Positions 1-12,892 of a DNA stretch of 64,000 nucleotides are shown piece by piece. This stretch comes from Mobula hypostoma (lineage: Eukaryota), in contig NC_086097.1 in the NCBI RefSeq assembly GCF_963921235.1, positions 236,966,001 to 237,030,000 of the forward strand. Reading direction: 5' to 3'. A program made the position numbers and the translations under genes. Position 1 is the first letter of the stretch. Each line of letters starts with the position of its first letter. Below the pieces are notes generated by a model. The model was not told where the DNA came from. It saw nothing but the letters and a program-made list of their open reading frames with translations, and did no database searches.

Positions 1-490
1 TATCTTGGACTCGATCAGAGATATCCTGGACCCTGGCACCAGGGAGGCAAACTACCATCCGGGTCTCTGAACTGCGTCCACAGAATCGCCTATCTGACCC
101 CCTTACTATCGAGTCCCCTATCACAACTGCCCTCCTCTTCCTTTCCCTACCCTTCTGAGCAACAGGGCCAGACTCTGTGCCGGAGGCACGGCCACTGTCG
201 CTTCCCCCGGGTAAGCTGTCCCCCCCAACAGTACTCAAACAGGAGTACCTGTTGTTAAGGGGCACAGCCACCGGGGTACTCCCCATCACCTGACTTTTCC
301 CCTTCCCCCTCCTAACCGTGACCCACTTGTCTGCCTCCCGTGGTCCCCGGTGTGACCACCTGCCTGTAACTCCTCTCTATCAACTCCTCACTCTTCCTGA
401 CCAGACGAAGGTCATCGAGCTGCAGCTCCAGTTCCGTAACGCGGTCCCTTAGGAGCTGCATCTTGATGCACTTGGCGCAGATGTAGTTCT
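1..490 (-). mobile_element. CR1-clade LINE, ORF1 fragment running off the window edge
   Basis: Minus strand reads YICAKCIKMQLLRDRVTELELQLDDLR...RRAVVIGDSIVRGSDRRFCG...VVCLPGARVQDISDR (Cys motif, coiled coil, SGNH esterase); homologous to 15600-16520. Confidence 0.85.
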
Positions 491-1420
491 TCCTGAATTT
501 TGAGTGTGTTGTGAAGAAGTGGAGGGTTTCCTAGTGAAGTTTGAAGATATTACTCCCTTCAGCCCTTTGGCACTTGGGGTCATAATCTTCTAGGCCTGGA
601 GAGCAAAGTGTGCATTTTGTAGTTAGCAAAATATTGCATCTACGACGAGATAATATATTCTCCCGTTGTAGATGCAGCATGAAAATAATTGTTTGTTGAA
701 TGTTTGTTTAACTGGATCCCAATAACAGGAAAGGGGGTTCTCATCAATTCAGAGGGACGGTAGAACGTTGAAATCCTCACCAGTAACACATACACAGCAG
801 AATTTATTCAGTATTCATAGATAAAATGTGGTAACTTAACTGCCACCTAGAGAAAAAAAACATTTGTTCATTTCTGAATTTATGGCACAAGTAAATGGAT
901 TATTGAGAGGGTAACCTTGGAATGGTGCAACGTTATAAAACCAGCTGCCTAATGAAGTGATAAGATTTGAGATTAATCCGTCCCATGGTATGATCTTCTA
1001 TTGTGGTAAATCATTGAACCGTGATAAGAATTGAATTGAATTGAGAATGAACACAAACTGCTGCAGAGGGTAGCTCTTTATTTTCTTCTTTCACTCACTG
1101 GCAGCAAAACATATCAACACCGAAACTGTTGTCTGCAAATCATATTTAGACTCTTAACTTCTCCCAAAACACCTGATTTATAATCAGAAGTAAGGGAGAT
1201 TTGTGATCTTTATATTTTCCAAATCATAAAACATCAAACATAGACGACTACAGCGCACGATGTTTTGTCAACTTTTTAATGTGCTCTAGAATCAGTCTGA
1301 CCCTGCCCTCTCTCAAAGCCCTTCATTTTTCTATCATCCATGTGCCTTTCTAAGAACTTCTTAAATACGCTTTATTTTTCTGCCTCTACCACCATTCCCA
1401 GCTAAATCATGTTGTCTTAC

Positions 1421-1508
1421 CCAGCCGCTGGACTCCAAATTGTCCATAATCTTCACCTTGTATAAATCCTTGAAAGACATATGTGGCACCATCAGGTTCA
1501 GCAGATAC
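1421..1508 (-). CDS. CSMD3: CSMD3 exon: VSAEPDGATYVFQGFIQGEDYGQFGVQRL(G)
   Basis: Read manually; ttttctaattag acceptor, G|gtaaga donor; 88 nt, phase 0-1; TM exon expected left of the window. Confidence 0.94.
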
Positions 1509-2044
1509 CTAATTAGAAAATAAATGGAAACATTTATCACTAATTATGATTAAGAGTGGTGATGAAGGACTTCTAAATTTTCAACTACAGCAGAGAAAAA
1601 CTGAGGAAAATGTATCCAGATGAATTATCTCATCTTTTGCTGTAGTTCTTTTTTCGTTATTATTTAACGGCCACATGCTGAATGATTTACAAAAATAGGT
1701 GTATGCCAGTGCTAATGGACCATAAAACTTCCTCCCACTTGAGGTGCAGAATTATAAGTTTTACATTCTCCAGACACTGTTATAAACCAATAGAAATAAA
1801 TCAAAGCCTTTCTTGGCTCCTGCATTAATAATGTGAATTCATTCTGATGTATTGACACTGAAGATCGTAATGTGTGTACCATTTCAAAATTACAGAATGA
1901 AATAATCCAAGTGGGCTTAATATTCTTGGTTACTTCTTATGACCTGCTGAAACTGGTAGAGATATTTTATGGCTTAGTGTTGATTGTCCCTGAAAAATAC
2001 TTGGACAGAGGAATTTTCTTTTAAGGATGCTGAGGTAATTCTAC

Positions 2045-3055
2045 CATCCATGAGGACTACAACTATGTTGTGGTTTGGAGGCCTGTGTGCCTCAATGACC
2101 CAGAGGAATATGTTGGCTGGAGTCAGGGCCTTATGCTATGGCTTTCGGCAGGGTCACCCATGCTAAACAGGTCAAAGGGTGGAGGCCAGACTAAAGTGTG
2201 GTCCACTGGTCCTCCAGGTTCAGGGGTTCAGCTCAGGGCTACCAACCTTGATTGATCAAACAAAACTGTTATGGAAATAACAAGAAAGAATCCACAAGAC
2301 CGTAAGGCATAGGGGCAGAATTAGGCCATTCAGTCTATTGAGTCCACTCCGCCATTTAATCATGGCTGATCCCAATCAACCCCATACACCTGCCCTCTCA
2401 CCATATCCCTTCATGCCCAACCAATGGGGAATCTATCAACTTCTGCTTTCAACATACCCATGGACTTGGCCTCCACTGCTGTCTGTGGCAGAGCATTCCA
2501 CACTCTCTGGGAAAAGCAGTTCCTCCTCATCTCCGTCCTAAACCTACTCCCCCGAAACTTGAGGCTATGTCCCCTTGTTCTAGTCTCACCTACCAGTGGA
2601 AGCAACTTGCCTGCCTCTATCTTATCTATCTCTTTCATAATTTGATATGTTTCTCTAAGATCTCCTCTCATTCTTCTGAATTCCAGCGCGTACAGTCCCA
2701 GGTGACTCAATCTCTCCTCATAGTTTAAACCCCCTCACCCCTCATCTCTAGAACCAACCTGGTGAACCTCCTCTGCTTTGCTTCCAAAACCAGTATATCC
2801 TTCCTCAAGTAAGGAGACCAGAAATGCACGCAGTACTCCAGGTGCAGCCTCACCATTCCTCCCTTACTTCAGTTCTAAAAGGTTGCCCTTCTACATCTGA
2901 GAGTGACGACATTCCTGGGTCTCCACCTAGAACTTGTATGACTGACAGTGGTAAAAACTGAGCTACTGATGTGATGAAGGAAGCCCTAAACACCGCCAGA
3001 GATGGAAAACTTTCACCGCTGCCCTAAACGCTAGTGGCGTAATAGGCAGAGTAGA
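2045..3055 (+). mobile_element. RTE-derived non-autonomous element (about 2045-2293 and 2887-3055) interrupted by a CR1 fragment
   Basis: RTE-type 5'UTR motifs (gtgcctcaatgaccc, gggtcacccatg, gtggtccactgg); the second half resumes after the CR1 insert. Confidence 0.55.
2294..2860 (-). mobile_element. CR1 LINE 3' fragment
   Basis: LGLYALEFRRMRGDL...TRGHSLK...FSQRV ORF2 C-terminus plus 3'UTR. Confidence 0.9.
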
Positions 3056-3164
3056 GACAGAGGTAATTCTATAGACAGGGAGAGAAAAAATGGAGGCTTT
3101 GGTCAATTTCTTCCTTTCTTTATCACTTTGTCACTCTTATCCATTATTAATTAATTCATTGATT

Positions 3165-3392
3165 TTATTTATTTATTTCGAAGTATCGCATGGTAACAGG
3201 CCCTTCTGGCCCAACGAGCCCGCAAGTAACCCACTTCCAATTGACAAATCCTACAAGTCTTTGGAATCTGGGAAGGGACCTGAGCACCACGTAGTCATGG
3301 GGAGAGTGTACAAACTCCTTACAGACAGTGGCAGAGCTGAACCCGGGTCACCGGTGCTGAAATTCTACATGTTGACTGCTGTGCTATCATGG
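3165..3392 (-). mobile_element. tRNA-derived HE1/V-SINE-like element; other copies at about 10450-10775, 20540-20757, 45050-45290, 50675-50935, 57990-58265
   Basis: tRNA-like head followed by ctgtaaggagtttgtac..tctcccc..ggtttcctcccaca..ccaaagac body and an (aaat)n tail. Confidence 0.7.
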
Positions 3393-3475
3393 AAATTTGC
3401 ATTTTAGCAAATTAAATAAATTGGCAGGCAAGCTTACAGGAAGCTTTGATTTCAGAGGGTGAGAGGGTAGCGGCT

Positions 3476-3845
3476 GGAGATATGTCCTTGCCGAAGGAGG
3501 TGTAAGGCGCTCTTTCTCAACGCTAGCCTACAGGTCACCCTAGGGCAAGGTGTAGCAACTTCTTAGCCCCTCGATCAGAGTCTCGTGAAGCCATGGCAGC
3601 AGGAGGTGGATGGTGGTATGAGCAGGTGGTGCATATCACAAGTCCTGGTTATGCAACCACTAACGCCAGGCAGACAATTTCTAAAGAGCATGGATGGGAT
3701 CACCTGTCTTATAAAGATACTGTCCAGGAGAAGGCAATGGCAAAACACTTCTCTAGAAAAATTTGCTGAGAACAATCATGGTCATGGAAAGACCATGATC
3801 GTCCATGTCATACAACAAGGCACATCATGATGTTGATTATGATAA
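3476..3845 (+). mobile_element. RTE-dependent SINE-like element; copies at about 40308-40650 (+) and 63363-63712 (-)
   Basis: Three mutually similar copies; BovB/BovA-like ggagaaggcaatggcaaa.cactt block and a (tga)n tail. Confidence 0.7.
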
Positions 3846-4373
3846 ATACAACAAGACAGAATCTTGACCTCTCGGTAAACATCGTTAAATGTTTACCTAA
3901 CTGTCTATCCCTAACTTATTGTCTGTCTGCTCTGCAATTTCTCTGTAATTAATACTTTGCCTTCAGTTGGTTATTATGTGCCACATCATGTGACACGGCA
4001 CACAATGAACAAACATCTTAAACATTGCTGGCAAGTGGTAAGTATTTATGTAAAGGTGCAAGTTGTTTCTTGCACCATGTATGAATTTGAGTACAGTGGA
4101 ACGGTTTAAAGTGAGATAGGTATCTAAGAGTCTTATTCAAATCTCTGAAGATTTGATTTCTATGTACTTCAGAAGATACATCTTACTACTGATCAAATGT
4201 TAATTAAATTTAAAAAGTAATGTAAAATAAGCAGTTAATATGTTATTAATTGCTTTGAACAAACTCTAAAGCTATCTCAATAACAGAAAAAAAATACAAT
4301 CATTTTCATTTCTTTCAATTCAATACAGTGCAAAATTGTGAATCCTATAACCGGGCAGGTGGGACATACTTAC

Positions 4374-4483
4374 ATAACCATCCATGGCCCATTTATCTGT
4401 GATCTTGCTGACAGACGTTTGATCAGGTGCTACCACGTGGTACATCAGAAGCATAAGACGTGCTTCTTGACTTTTATAGACAC
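4374..4483 (-). CDS. CSMD3: CSMD3 exon: (G)VYKSQEARLMLLMYHVVAPDQTSVSKITDKWAMDGY
   Basis: Read manually; ccctttcag acceptor, TAT|gtaagt donor; 110 nt, phase 1-0. Confidence 0.93.
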
Positions 4484-4559
4484 CTGAAAGGGTGAACAGA
4501 GATGAAGCATGACATAGGAAAAAATGGTTTGTGAACTTTCATTAATAGGCTTTGACAAA

Positions 4560-5250
4560 TGTCACTCAAAATGTTGGAGGAGCTCAGCAAGTCGGGCAGT
4601 ATCTACAGGTTGGAAAACAGTCAATATCTCGGACTGAGATCTTAAATCAAGACTGAAGTGGAGGAAACCAGACTAAGGATTGTGGGGGGAGGGGAAGGAG
4701 TAGAAGCTGGCAGGGGTTAAGTGAGAACAGTTGAGGGGGAAGACAGGTGGGTGGGGGGCAGGGATGAAGTAAGAAGCTGGGAGGGGGATAGATGGAAGAG
4801 GTAAAGGGCTAATGTAGAAAGAATCCAAAAGGAGAAGACAATGGACCATGGAAGAAAGCTTAGGAGGAAACCAAATGGTGGTGAGCAGGTGAGAAGAGGA
4901 GAAGAAAGCGAATGGGAAAAGAGAGAAGGAGTTAGGGGAAGAAATGGACAGAAGTTGGAGAAATCTATGTTCGTGTCATCAGATTAGAGGCTATCCAGAT
5001 GGAATATGAGTTGCTGGTCCTCCAACCTGAATGTGGCTACATCACAGCAATTCCATTTATCATTCTGCTTACTCTACTTCTCTCTTGCCCATGACCTTCC
5101 TCCGGTGTCCCTCCTTCTTCCCTTTATTAGTCAGCCCGAAAAGTCAACTGTTTAATCCCCTCCATGGATGCAACCTGAACTGCTGAGTTCCTCCAAAAAT
5201 TTGTGTGTGGTGCTCAAGATTTCCAGCATCTGCAGAATCGCTTGTGTTTA
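4560..5250. mobile_element. Penelope-like element fragments in inverted arrangement
   Basis: Terminal motif (gctggaggagctcagca / tgctgagttcctcca...ttccagcatctgcaga) in both orientations, plus the endonuclease C-terminal remnant. Confidence 0.7.
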
Positions 5251-5489
5251 ACAAATGTCACAGACCACAATGATTATTCATATTTTATTACACTTAAATT
5301 GCCCATGGGTTTGAGAATAAAGCTTACCATGTTGTAGAAATATAGCATTATATAGCATGGAGCCACACTCTTCCACTCACTGATACCACAACGACAACCA
5401 ATAAAACATTTACACAAATCATATTTTACCCTCCCCATTTTCCCAGATTCTACTGTTCACCTACACACCAGAGGGCAATATACAACAGC

Positions 5490-5970
5490 CATAAGACATG
5501 GGAGTAGAATTAGGCCATTTGGCCCTGGTCTGCTCCATCAATCCATTGTGTCCAATTTATTATCCCTCTTAACCTCATTCTCCTCATAAGCTTTGACACT
5601 CTTACTAATCAAGAAACTACCAACCTCCAGTTTAAAAATACACAACAACCTGGCCTCCATAGCTGTCTGAGGCAATGAATGCCACAAACTCACTACACTT
5701 TGGCTAAAGAAATTCCTCCTCATTGCTGTTCTAAAGGGATATTCTTATATTCTGAGGCTGTGTCCTCTGGTCCTCAACTCCCCCACTCCAGGAAACATCC
5801 TCTCCCCATCCACTCTATTTAGGCCTTTCAATATTCCGTAGATTTCAATGAGTTCCTGCCACATTCTTCTAAACTCCAACAGGTTTATGCCCAGAGCCAT
5901 CAAACACTCCTTCTATGTATCCCTTTCATTCCCGGGATAATTTTTGCGAATATCCTCTGGACCTTCTTAC
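5490..5970 (-). mobile_element. CR1 LINE 3' fragment
   Basis: MRRNFFSQSVVSLWHSLPQ motif and 3'UTR. Confidence 0.85.
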
Positions 5971-6615
5971 ATGCAATCTCCACACAGGACTGAATCTGGC
6001 TCAAAAATAATGCATGAAGAACTCAGCCAGTTAAAGAGCATTTGTGGAAAGTGAAAACCATCAACAGTTACAAGTCAGTGACTCTAATTCAGAACTTGAA
6101 GGCGAGTGGAGGACATAGTTTTCAAAGAGAAGGAATGTGGTGTAAGACAAAAGTCCACATGGAGACAGATTTGGACAGACCAGGTGATAAACCGAACATT
6201 TCAAGGGAGTGGGATGAATGTGTTTAATTTCTTCAGGATAGAGAAGGCCACATTGTGAATGCTGGACTGGAAGAAACATAAGGTAATTATTGGTACATCT
6301 GGAATAATAGATTGAGTCTGTGGATGGTTGGAAAATAAAAGGTGAATGGATAGATGTTGTCATTCCTCTGGTTGCATGGGAAGGTGTCCTGGGACACAGA
6401 GCTATAAATGGGGAGAGCAGACCTAGAAAGGGGAAGAGAATGAAAATTTTGACTGATGGTGAGATTATCTTGAAGTTGCTGGAAACTGCAAATTGCAAGG
6501 CAGCGGTTCTAGTAAATGTACTATGCACTATGTCATATTATTAGAACATTGCAGGACTATACAGCTCCTTTGGCCCATGCGGTTTTGCGACCCTTTAACC
6601 TAATCCAAGATCAAT

Positions 6616-7246
6616 GGAGGCAGGGGGAGAAGATGGCAGCGCGACGCAGCACGTGCAGCTCTCCGGTGAAATTATATCGTATCTGTTAAGTAGGGGCCAT
6701 GGACAATTCTGATTCGATGAAGACAGATGTGAGAAGCAGAGGAACATCTGGAAGAAATTTCTGAAATGCCTGGTTCGCTGTTGTTGTTACCGTGCGATCG
6801 AGAATCTCCGAAGGGTAGGCCCCAAAATCCCTGGCTTTGCCTGCTGTTGGCGACCGAGGCTGAGGTTGAAGCGTTCGGGTAGAGATGATGCTCGGTACTA
6901 GGTGTCGGAGGGCTGATCAGAGCTCGAAGTTTTCGGACGACTCAGAGTCGGACTGTGGCTGGGCATGGCAAGGAGAGCTTTCTTCCTTCTCCCGTCTGCG
7001 TGAGATGTGGGATTTTCGAGAAACTTTGAACTTTTTTACTGTGCCATGGACTGTTCGTCATCAGGTTATGGTGTTGTTGTACGGTTGCAACTATATGTTA
7101 TAATTATGTGGTTTTGTTAGTTTTTCAGTCTTGATCTGTCCTGTGTTTTTGTGATATCACACCGGAGGAATATTGTATCATTTCTTAATGCATGCATTAC
7201 TAAATGACAATAAAAGAGGACTGCGTGTCCTCATAATCTAATCTAA
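6616..7246 (+). mobile_element. Non-autonomous retroelement with aagatggc head and (aatct)n tail, inserted in a CR1 3'UTR
   Basis: GC-rich 5' end; aataaa followed by cataatctaatctaa; host CR1 tail continues on both sides. Confidence 0.6.
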
Positions 7247-8060
7247 GTTTCCTCTCTCACATAGTCCTTCACTTTTATTGCATCTACAGTATGCACCTAT
7301 CGAAGAGTCTTTTAAATGTTCCTAATGTATCTGTCTTCACCACCCTGCCAGCAAGTTGCACCATCGCAGGAACCCACCCCTCTAACCTCACAAGACATGC
7401 TTTGTAATCCAGACATCGTCCTGCTAAATCTCTTCTACACACTCTCTAAAGCTTCCACATGTTTCCTACAATGAGGTGACCCAGAACTGAATACAATATT
7501 CTAAATGTGGCCTAACCAGTACTTTATAGAGCTGCAACATTACCTTGCGGCTCTTGGACTCAATCCCCCTATTGAAAACCAATGCGCCATCTTGACCACC
7601 TTATCAATTAGCACAGCAACTTTGGATGTAAGTCTCAAGATCTCTCCACAATGTTAAGAATCCTACAATTAACTCGGTGTTCTGCCTTCAAATTCTACCC
7701 TTCCAAAGTGAATCACTTCACTCTTTTCTGGATTGAACTTCATCTGATACTTCACAGCCCATATCTGCATCATATCAACGTTCTGTTGTAACCCTCCACA
7801 CTATCCACAACTCCACCAATCTTTGTGTCATCTGCAAACTTACTACCCCACCCTTCTACTTCCTCATCAAAGTCATTTATAAAAATCACAAAGAGCAGGT
7901 GTTCCAGAACAAATCCCTGTGGAACATCACTGGTCACCAACCTCCAGGCAGAATATGTCCCATCTACTACTACATCCTGCCTTCTGTGGCAGGCCAGTTC
8001 TAAATCCACACAGCTAAATTTCCTAGATCCCATGCATCCCGACTTTCTGAACAAGCCTAC
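7247..8060 (-). mobile_element. Decayed CR1 LINE RT and 3' region
   Basis: VTSDVPQGFVL..LFVIFINDFDE...KFADDTKIGGVVDS. Confidence 0.85.
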
Positions 8061-8284
8061 CATAGATAGATAGATATACTTTATTAATCCCGAGGGAAAT
8101 TTGGTTTTGTTACAGCCGCACTAACCAAGAATAGAGCGTAAATATAGCAATACAAAAAACCCCAACAATCAAACACCAAAATGCAAACTATGCCAGATGG
8201 AAAATAAGTCCAGGACCAGTCTATTGGCTCAGGGGGAATATTGTTAGATATCTTACTAAAATACATATATACCATATACATCTA

Positions 8285-9075
8285 CTGTATCCAGTGCCTC
8301 CGGTGTGGCCTCCTCTACATCGGTGAGACCTGATGTAGATTGGGGTCTGCGTTGTCGGGTACCTTTGCTCTCTCTCCAACAGGTAGGATTTTACAGTGGC
8401 CAACCATATAAATCCACTCTCCATTCCCATTCCAAAATGCTTGTCCATGGCCTCCTCTACTGCCACGACAGGTTGTCGGAGCAATACCTCATGTTCTGCC
8501 TATGTACTGTCCAACCTGATGGCATGAAATTCGATATCTCTAACTTCTGATGATGTCTGCCCCCTCCTCATCTCTTTTTTTCTATTTCCCATTCTGACTC
8601 TTCTCCTCTCCCTCTCCCCTCTCTTCCTTTCTCTCCCAGTTCACTCTCCTCTTCTATTAGATTCCTTCTTCTTCAGCCCTTTACCTCTTCTACATATCAC
8701 CTCTCAGCTCCCCACTTCATCTACCCACCTTCTCCCTCACCTAGTCTCACCTATCATGTACCAGCCTCTCACTTCATCTACCCACCTTCTCCCTCACCTG
8801 GTGTCACCTATCACCTCTCAGCTCCTCACTTCATCTACCCACTATCTCCCTCACCTGGTCTCACCTATCACCTACCAGCTTCTCACTTCATCCACCCACC
8901 TTCCACCTTACTTGGTATCACCTATCACCTGCCAGCTAGGACTCCCTCCCCTCATACCACCTTTTTATTCTGGTTTCTTCCCCCTTCCTTTCCAGTGCCT
9001 AAAACATTGACTGTTTATTCCTCCCCATAGATGCTGCCTGACCTGCAGAGTTCTTCCAGCATTTTGTGTGGGTTA
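8285..9075 (+). mobile_element. Penelope-like element 3' part (GIY-YIG remnant and terminal region) with a ~60-bp tandem unit at about 8695-8940
   Basis: GLLYIGET motif at about 8307; EQYLMFCLCTVQPDGMKFDISNF; pyrimidine-rich UTR. Confidence 0.75.
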
Positions 9076-9262
9076 CCTCCATTAATCAGACTTTATCAGT
9101 ATGTTTTGTCAATCTGTTTAAAGTTTGCAGTTCAAGCTGGATAACAAGAACAACATCTTTATACCTTCATAAATTGTCCCATATATTTTACAAAGAAATA
9201 GTTACACAAAATTAGATGCCAGACAAAAAATAGGATAAGATCAACAAAAGGATGAGCTACCG

Positions 9263-9892
9263 CAGTAAAACTCACTTAATCTGCCTGCTTGGGACATCAG
9301 TGGAGCTGGACTAACAGATTTTCTGGAGTATCGAACATTATTTTAATAATGCAACACATTTCAATCCACTTTAAAACAAAAATGTAATAGTAACGGTTCA
9401 GTGAACCCTTTAAGCTTCAAGGCAGCTCAGCTAATAGAACCAGGCAAATTAAAAGGGAGCTCAGGAAGGGCTGTCCCAGAGAAGATAAGGGAGTGCGAGA
9501 ACTCTGGCCTTGATGTCTAGAAGGTGAGCAAAGGAATCAGGGCCACAGTGAGCGGGATGTGAGCACGGATAGGGCTCTGATGAGTGACAGGAGGGCAAGA
9601 ACTGAATGCTAACAGGTTGGTAGAGAGTGTAGGAACTTGGGACTTGGCTACTGTGCATGGAGTACTGGATCTGGGGCCCTGGGAGTGGACATAAAGCACA
9701 GAAACTGCAGCTCCCGTGAGTGCTCAGGGAATGCGGGAACTGCAGCCTCGGTGAACAGGAAGGGAATGTGTGACCCTTGGACATGGGGAATAGACAGAAA
9801 ACACTGGAACGGAGGCAAAAGAATGGAAACTACTGAAATCTGAACCATTGCGATTTCTGAATGGTCAGATAGTGCTCATTAGAGCTTTGCTG
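9263..9892. mobile_element. Possible old pogo/Tigger-type non-autonomous DNA transposon
   Basis: Left end cagtaaaactc; right end gagctttgctg (imperfect inverted match). Confidence 0.35.
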
Positions 9893-10206
9893 CACTGGCA
9901 CAAACAAAGCACAGTTCAAAGACGTACCAGTTGGTAGGTTAATTGCTCATTGTAAATTATCCTGTGATTAGGTTCAGATTAACTTGGGGGATTGCATCGC
10001 ACGAAGGGCTGGAAAGGCCTTTTCTGTGCTGTATCTCAATAAAAAAATAAATAAATAAGGCTGATAATTTTTTTTTGCATGATCACTGTTATTCATTACT
10101 TTATTTATTGATTGATTTAGAGATACAGCCTGGTTACAGGCCCATCCTGCCTAATGAGCCTGCGCTACCCAATGCCACCCCTGAGATCAACTAATCTACT
10201 AACCCG

Positions 10207-10340
10207 CAAACACGAGGAAACCTGCAGATGCTGGAAATTCAAGCACCACACACAAAATGCTGGTGGAACGCAGCAGGCCAAGCAGCATCTATAGGAAGAG
10301 GTACAGTCGACCTTTTGGGCCGAGACCCTTCGTCAGGACT
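10207..10340 (-). mobile_element. Penelope terminal-repeat module with mutated hammerhead motif
   Basis: Minus strand agtcCTGACGAagggtctcggcccAAAAgGTCgact. Confidence 0.75.
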
Positions 10341-11139
10341 CAAACCTGGATTTTAAGACAAGTCTTAAAGGAAGAAGCGGAGGTGATTAAAACAGTGGGC
10401 TACCTTGGATCAAGCCAACTCAAACCTGAATTGATCTGTAAAAGGGTGGATAAAAAAGGATTGAAGATTAGTTTTAATTGTCATACGTACATCAAAAAAT
10501 ACAGTGAAATGTGTCATTGGTGTCAGATCGTCAGTGAGGATTGTGCTGGGGACCACAGGCTTAAATGTCTCCATGCTTCCGGCATAGCATAGCATGCTGA
10601 CAATTCTCCAGCTCTAACCGCATGTCTTTTAGAATGTGGGCAGAAACCAGTGCACCCGGAGAAACACCACAGTCCCAGGGAAATCATATATTATACACCT
10701 TACAAGTAGCGGTGGGAATTGAACCCTGATTTTACAGCTGGCACTGTAAAGTACTGTGCTAACTGTTACAATACTGTGTGGCCCGAGAGGGTGATACATA
10801 CCTGAGAGGAGGGTGACATATATAATATGCTTGAACGAGGAAATAGGATCAGGAGTAGGCCCTCAGGCCCACCCATTCAATATAATTATGGCTGATCTGT
10901 CCCCAGTCTCATCTCTTTTACTATACTCATGTCATGAAAACTGCAGTTCTCTAATCTGTCAAAAATTTCCTCTTTATACTCCTCACTTATCTTAACAAAG
11001 CTACAGGGTAGCGAATTCCCAAGATTCTCTGTCCTTTTGAGAAGAAATTCCAGTCACCTCAAATCTAAATAACAGCCTCTTATCTCAAGGCCCCTTTCGT
11101 TCAAGCTCTGAGTGCTGGAAAACATCAATGCCGCCATTG

Positions 11140-11480
11140 AGGGCATTTACAAAGGCAATGTCCCAAAAAGGAGGCATCCATCATAAGGGACCCCCAGCAC
11201 CCAGAACATGCCTTCCTCTCATTACTGCCATTGTGGGGTGGGGGGGGAGTGGGGGAGTACAGGAGCCTGAAGACACACACTCAACATTTTAGGAACAGCT
11301 TCTTATCCTCCACCATTAGACTTCTGAACGGACAATGAACTCATGAACACTGCCTCACTATTTTCGCTTTCTTTTTGCCTGATTTATTTATCTTTTTATA
11401 CATATTTCTTATTATAATTTAGAGTATAACAAAATAACAAAGTTCATGACAATGTCAGTGATAATGCACCTGATTTTGCT
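11140..11480 (+). mobile_element. Rex1/Babar-like LINE 3' fragment; related pieces at about 25150-25500, 42260-42700, 44000-44220, 47770-48230, 59945-60380
   Basis: Decayed ASII.DP.HP.HALFSLLPSG.RYRSL.THT.RFRNSFFP C-terminal motif. Confidence 0.7.
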
Positions 11481-11998
11481 TTGCAATATGTATCCATTAT
11501 TTATCTAATATGCTTACAAAAGATCACTCCTCATTCTTCTAAATTCCAAGCTTGAAAGATTTAATTTCTCAGCCAACATGTTAGACACTGAATCAATCTG
11601 GTGATTGTCGGACCAGAGGAACATGCGGAAGCAGGAAGAGTGACAACAGGAAGAAACTTAAGGAAGATTAATCAGAGTTTGTTGCTGCAAGAACTTGTCA
11701 GAAAAATTAAGGAAATTAATTTGTAATGAAAGACAGCAAGAGAGCAAAATATAGAGTTGGGCGACCTTTCTAGTAACAATGTTTCACAATCATTGTTATC
11801 TCTGGAAGATTTCTGTCAAAGTCAAAGTAAACTGTATTATTGAAGTGTGTATATGTTACCATATACTACCTTGATTTTCATTTTCTTACAGGCATTTATT
11901 GAAAAATAAATACAGTAGAATTTATAAAAAATCTATACATCAGCAAAAGCTGACAAATAACCAATGTGCACAAAAAGGTAGATTGTGAAAATAATATA

Positions 11999-12728
11999 CA
12001 GTACTGTGCAAAAGTCTTAGACACATAGCTAAGGTACCCAAGACTTTTGCACACGTGGAGTGGAGAACGAGTCTGTAAATCTGATGGGAGTAAAGGATGT
12101 TGGGAATGGTTGAGGGTGGTGTTCTGGAGGAGTGGTGTGGAATAACCACATAACCATATAACAATTATAGCATGGAAACAGGCCATCTCGGCCCTTCTAG
12201 TCCGTGCCGAACTCTTACTCTCACCTAGTCGCACCGACCTGCACTCAGCCCATAACCCTCCATTCCTTTCCTGTCCATATATCTATCCAATTTAACTTTA
12301 AATGACAGCATCGAACCTGCCTCAGCCACTTCTGCTGGAAGCTCGTTCCACACAGCTACCACTCTCTGAGTAAAGAAGTTCCCCCTCATAATGGAATAGG
12401 TAGCAGAGAAGGGGTGCTAGGGGTGGGGGTTGGCTCGGGTGCAGACACACCCAGCCCTGAGACACCAGACTAGGTCATTTGATTCCAAACAATTGGTTTA
12501 TTGATCATTACAAAATGTTTCTCTGATGCATCCAACTCCCTGCCCTCCCCTTTCCCCCTCTCCCTGCCTCCTACCCATTCTCAGTCCACAATAGAGACCT
12601 GTATCAGAATGAGGTTGATCATCACTCACGTACGTCATGACTTTTTCTTTTGAGGCAGTAGTCCAGTTCGATACATTAAATTACTAGGCATCACTAGTAA
12701 ATGTGTCTAAAAATTTTGCACAATAGTG
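11999..12728. mobile_element. Composite Tc1-type MITE (cagtactgtgcaaaagtcttag ends) containing a CR1 tail at about 12145-12390
   Basis: TA-flanked TIR; body homologous, in the opposite orientation, to 27650-29326. Confidence 0.65.
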
Positions 12729-12793
12729 AAACTACTGAGAATCTAAGTTGTAGAGTCCTTGAATGTGAGTCTAGGTTGTAGAATCAGTTCAGA

Positions 12794-12892
12794 CAACATA
12801 CATCAAAGTTGCTGGTGAACGCAGCAGGCCAGGCAGCATCTATAGGAAGAGGCGCAGTCGACGTTTCAGGCCGAGACCCTTCGTCAGGACTA
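12794..12892 (-). mobile_element. 99-bp Penelope terminal module flanked by a 19-bp direct repeat
   Basis: gttgtagaatcagttcaga at 12775-12793 and 12893-12911. Confidence 0.85.
12856..12891 (-). ncRNA. Minimal type I hammerhead ribozyme motif
   Basis: AGUC CUGACGA agggucucggccu GAAA C GUC GACU: both core boxes, GUC triplet, stem I AGUC/GACU. Confidence 0.7.
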
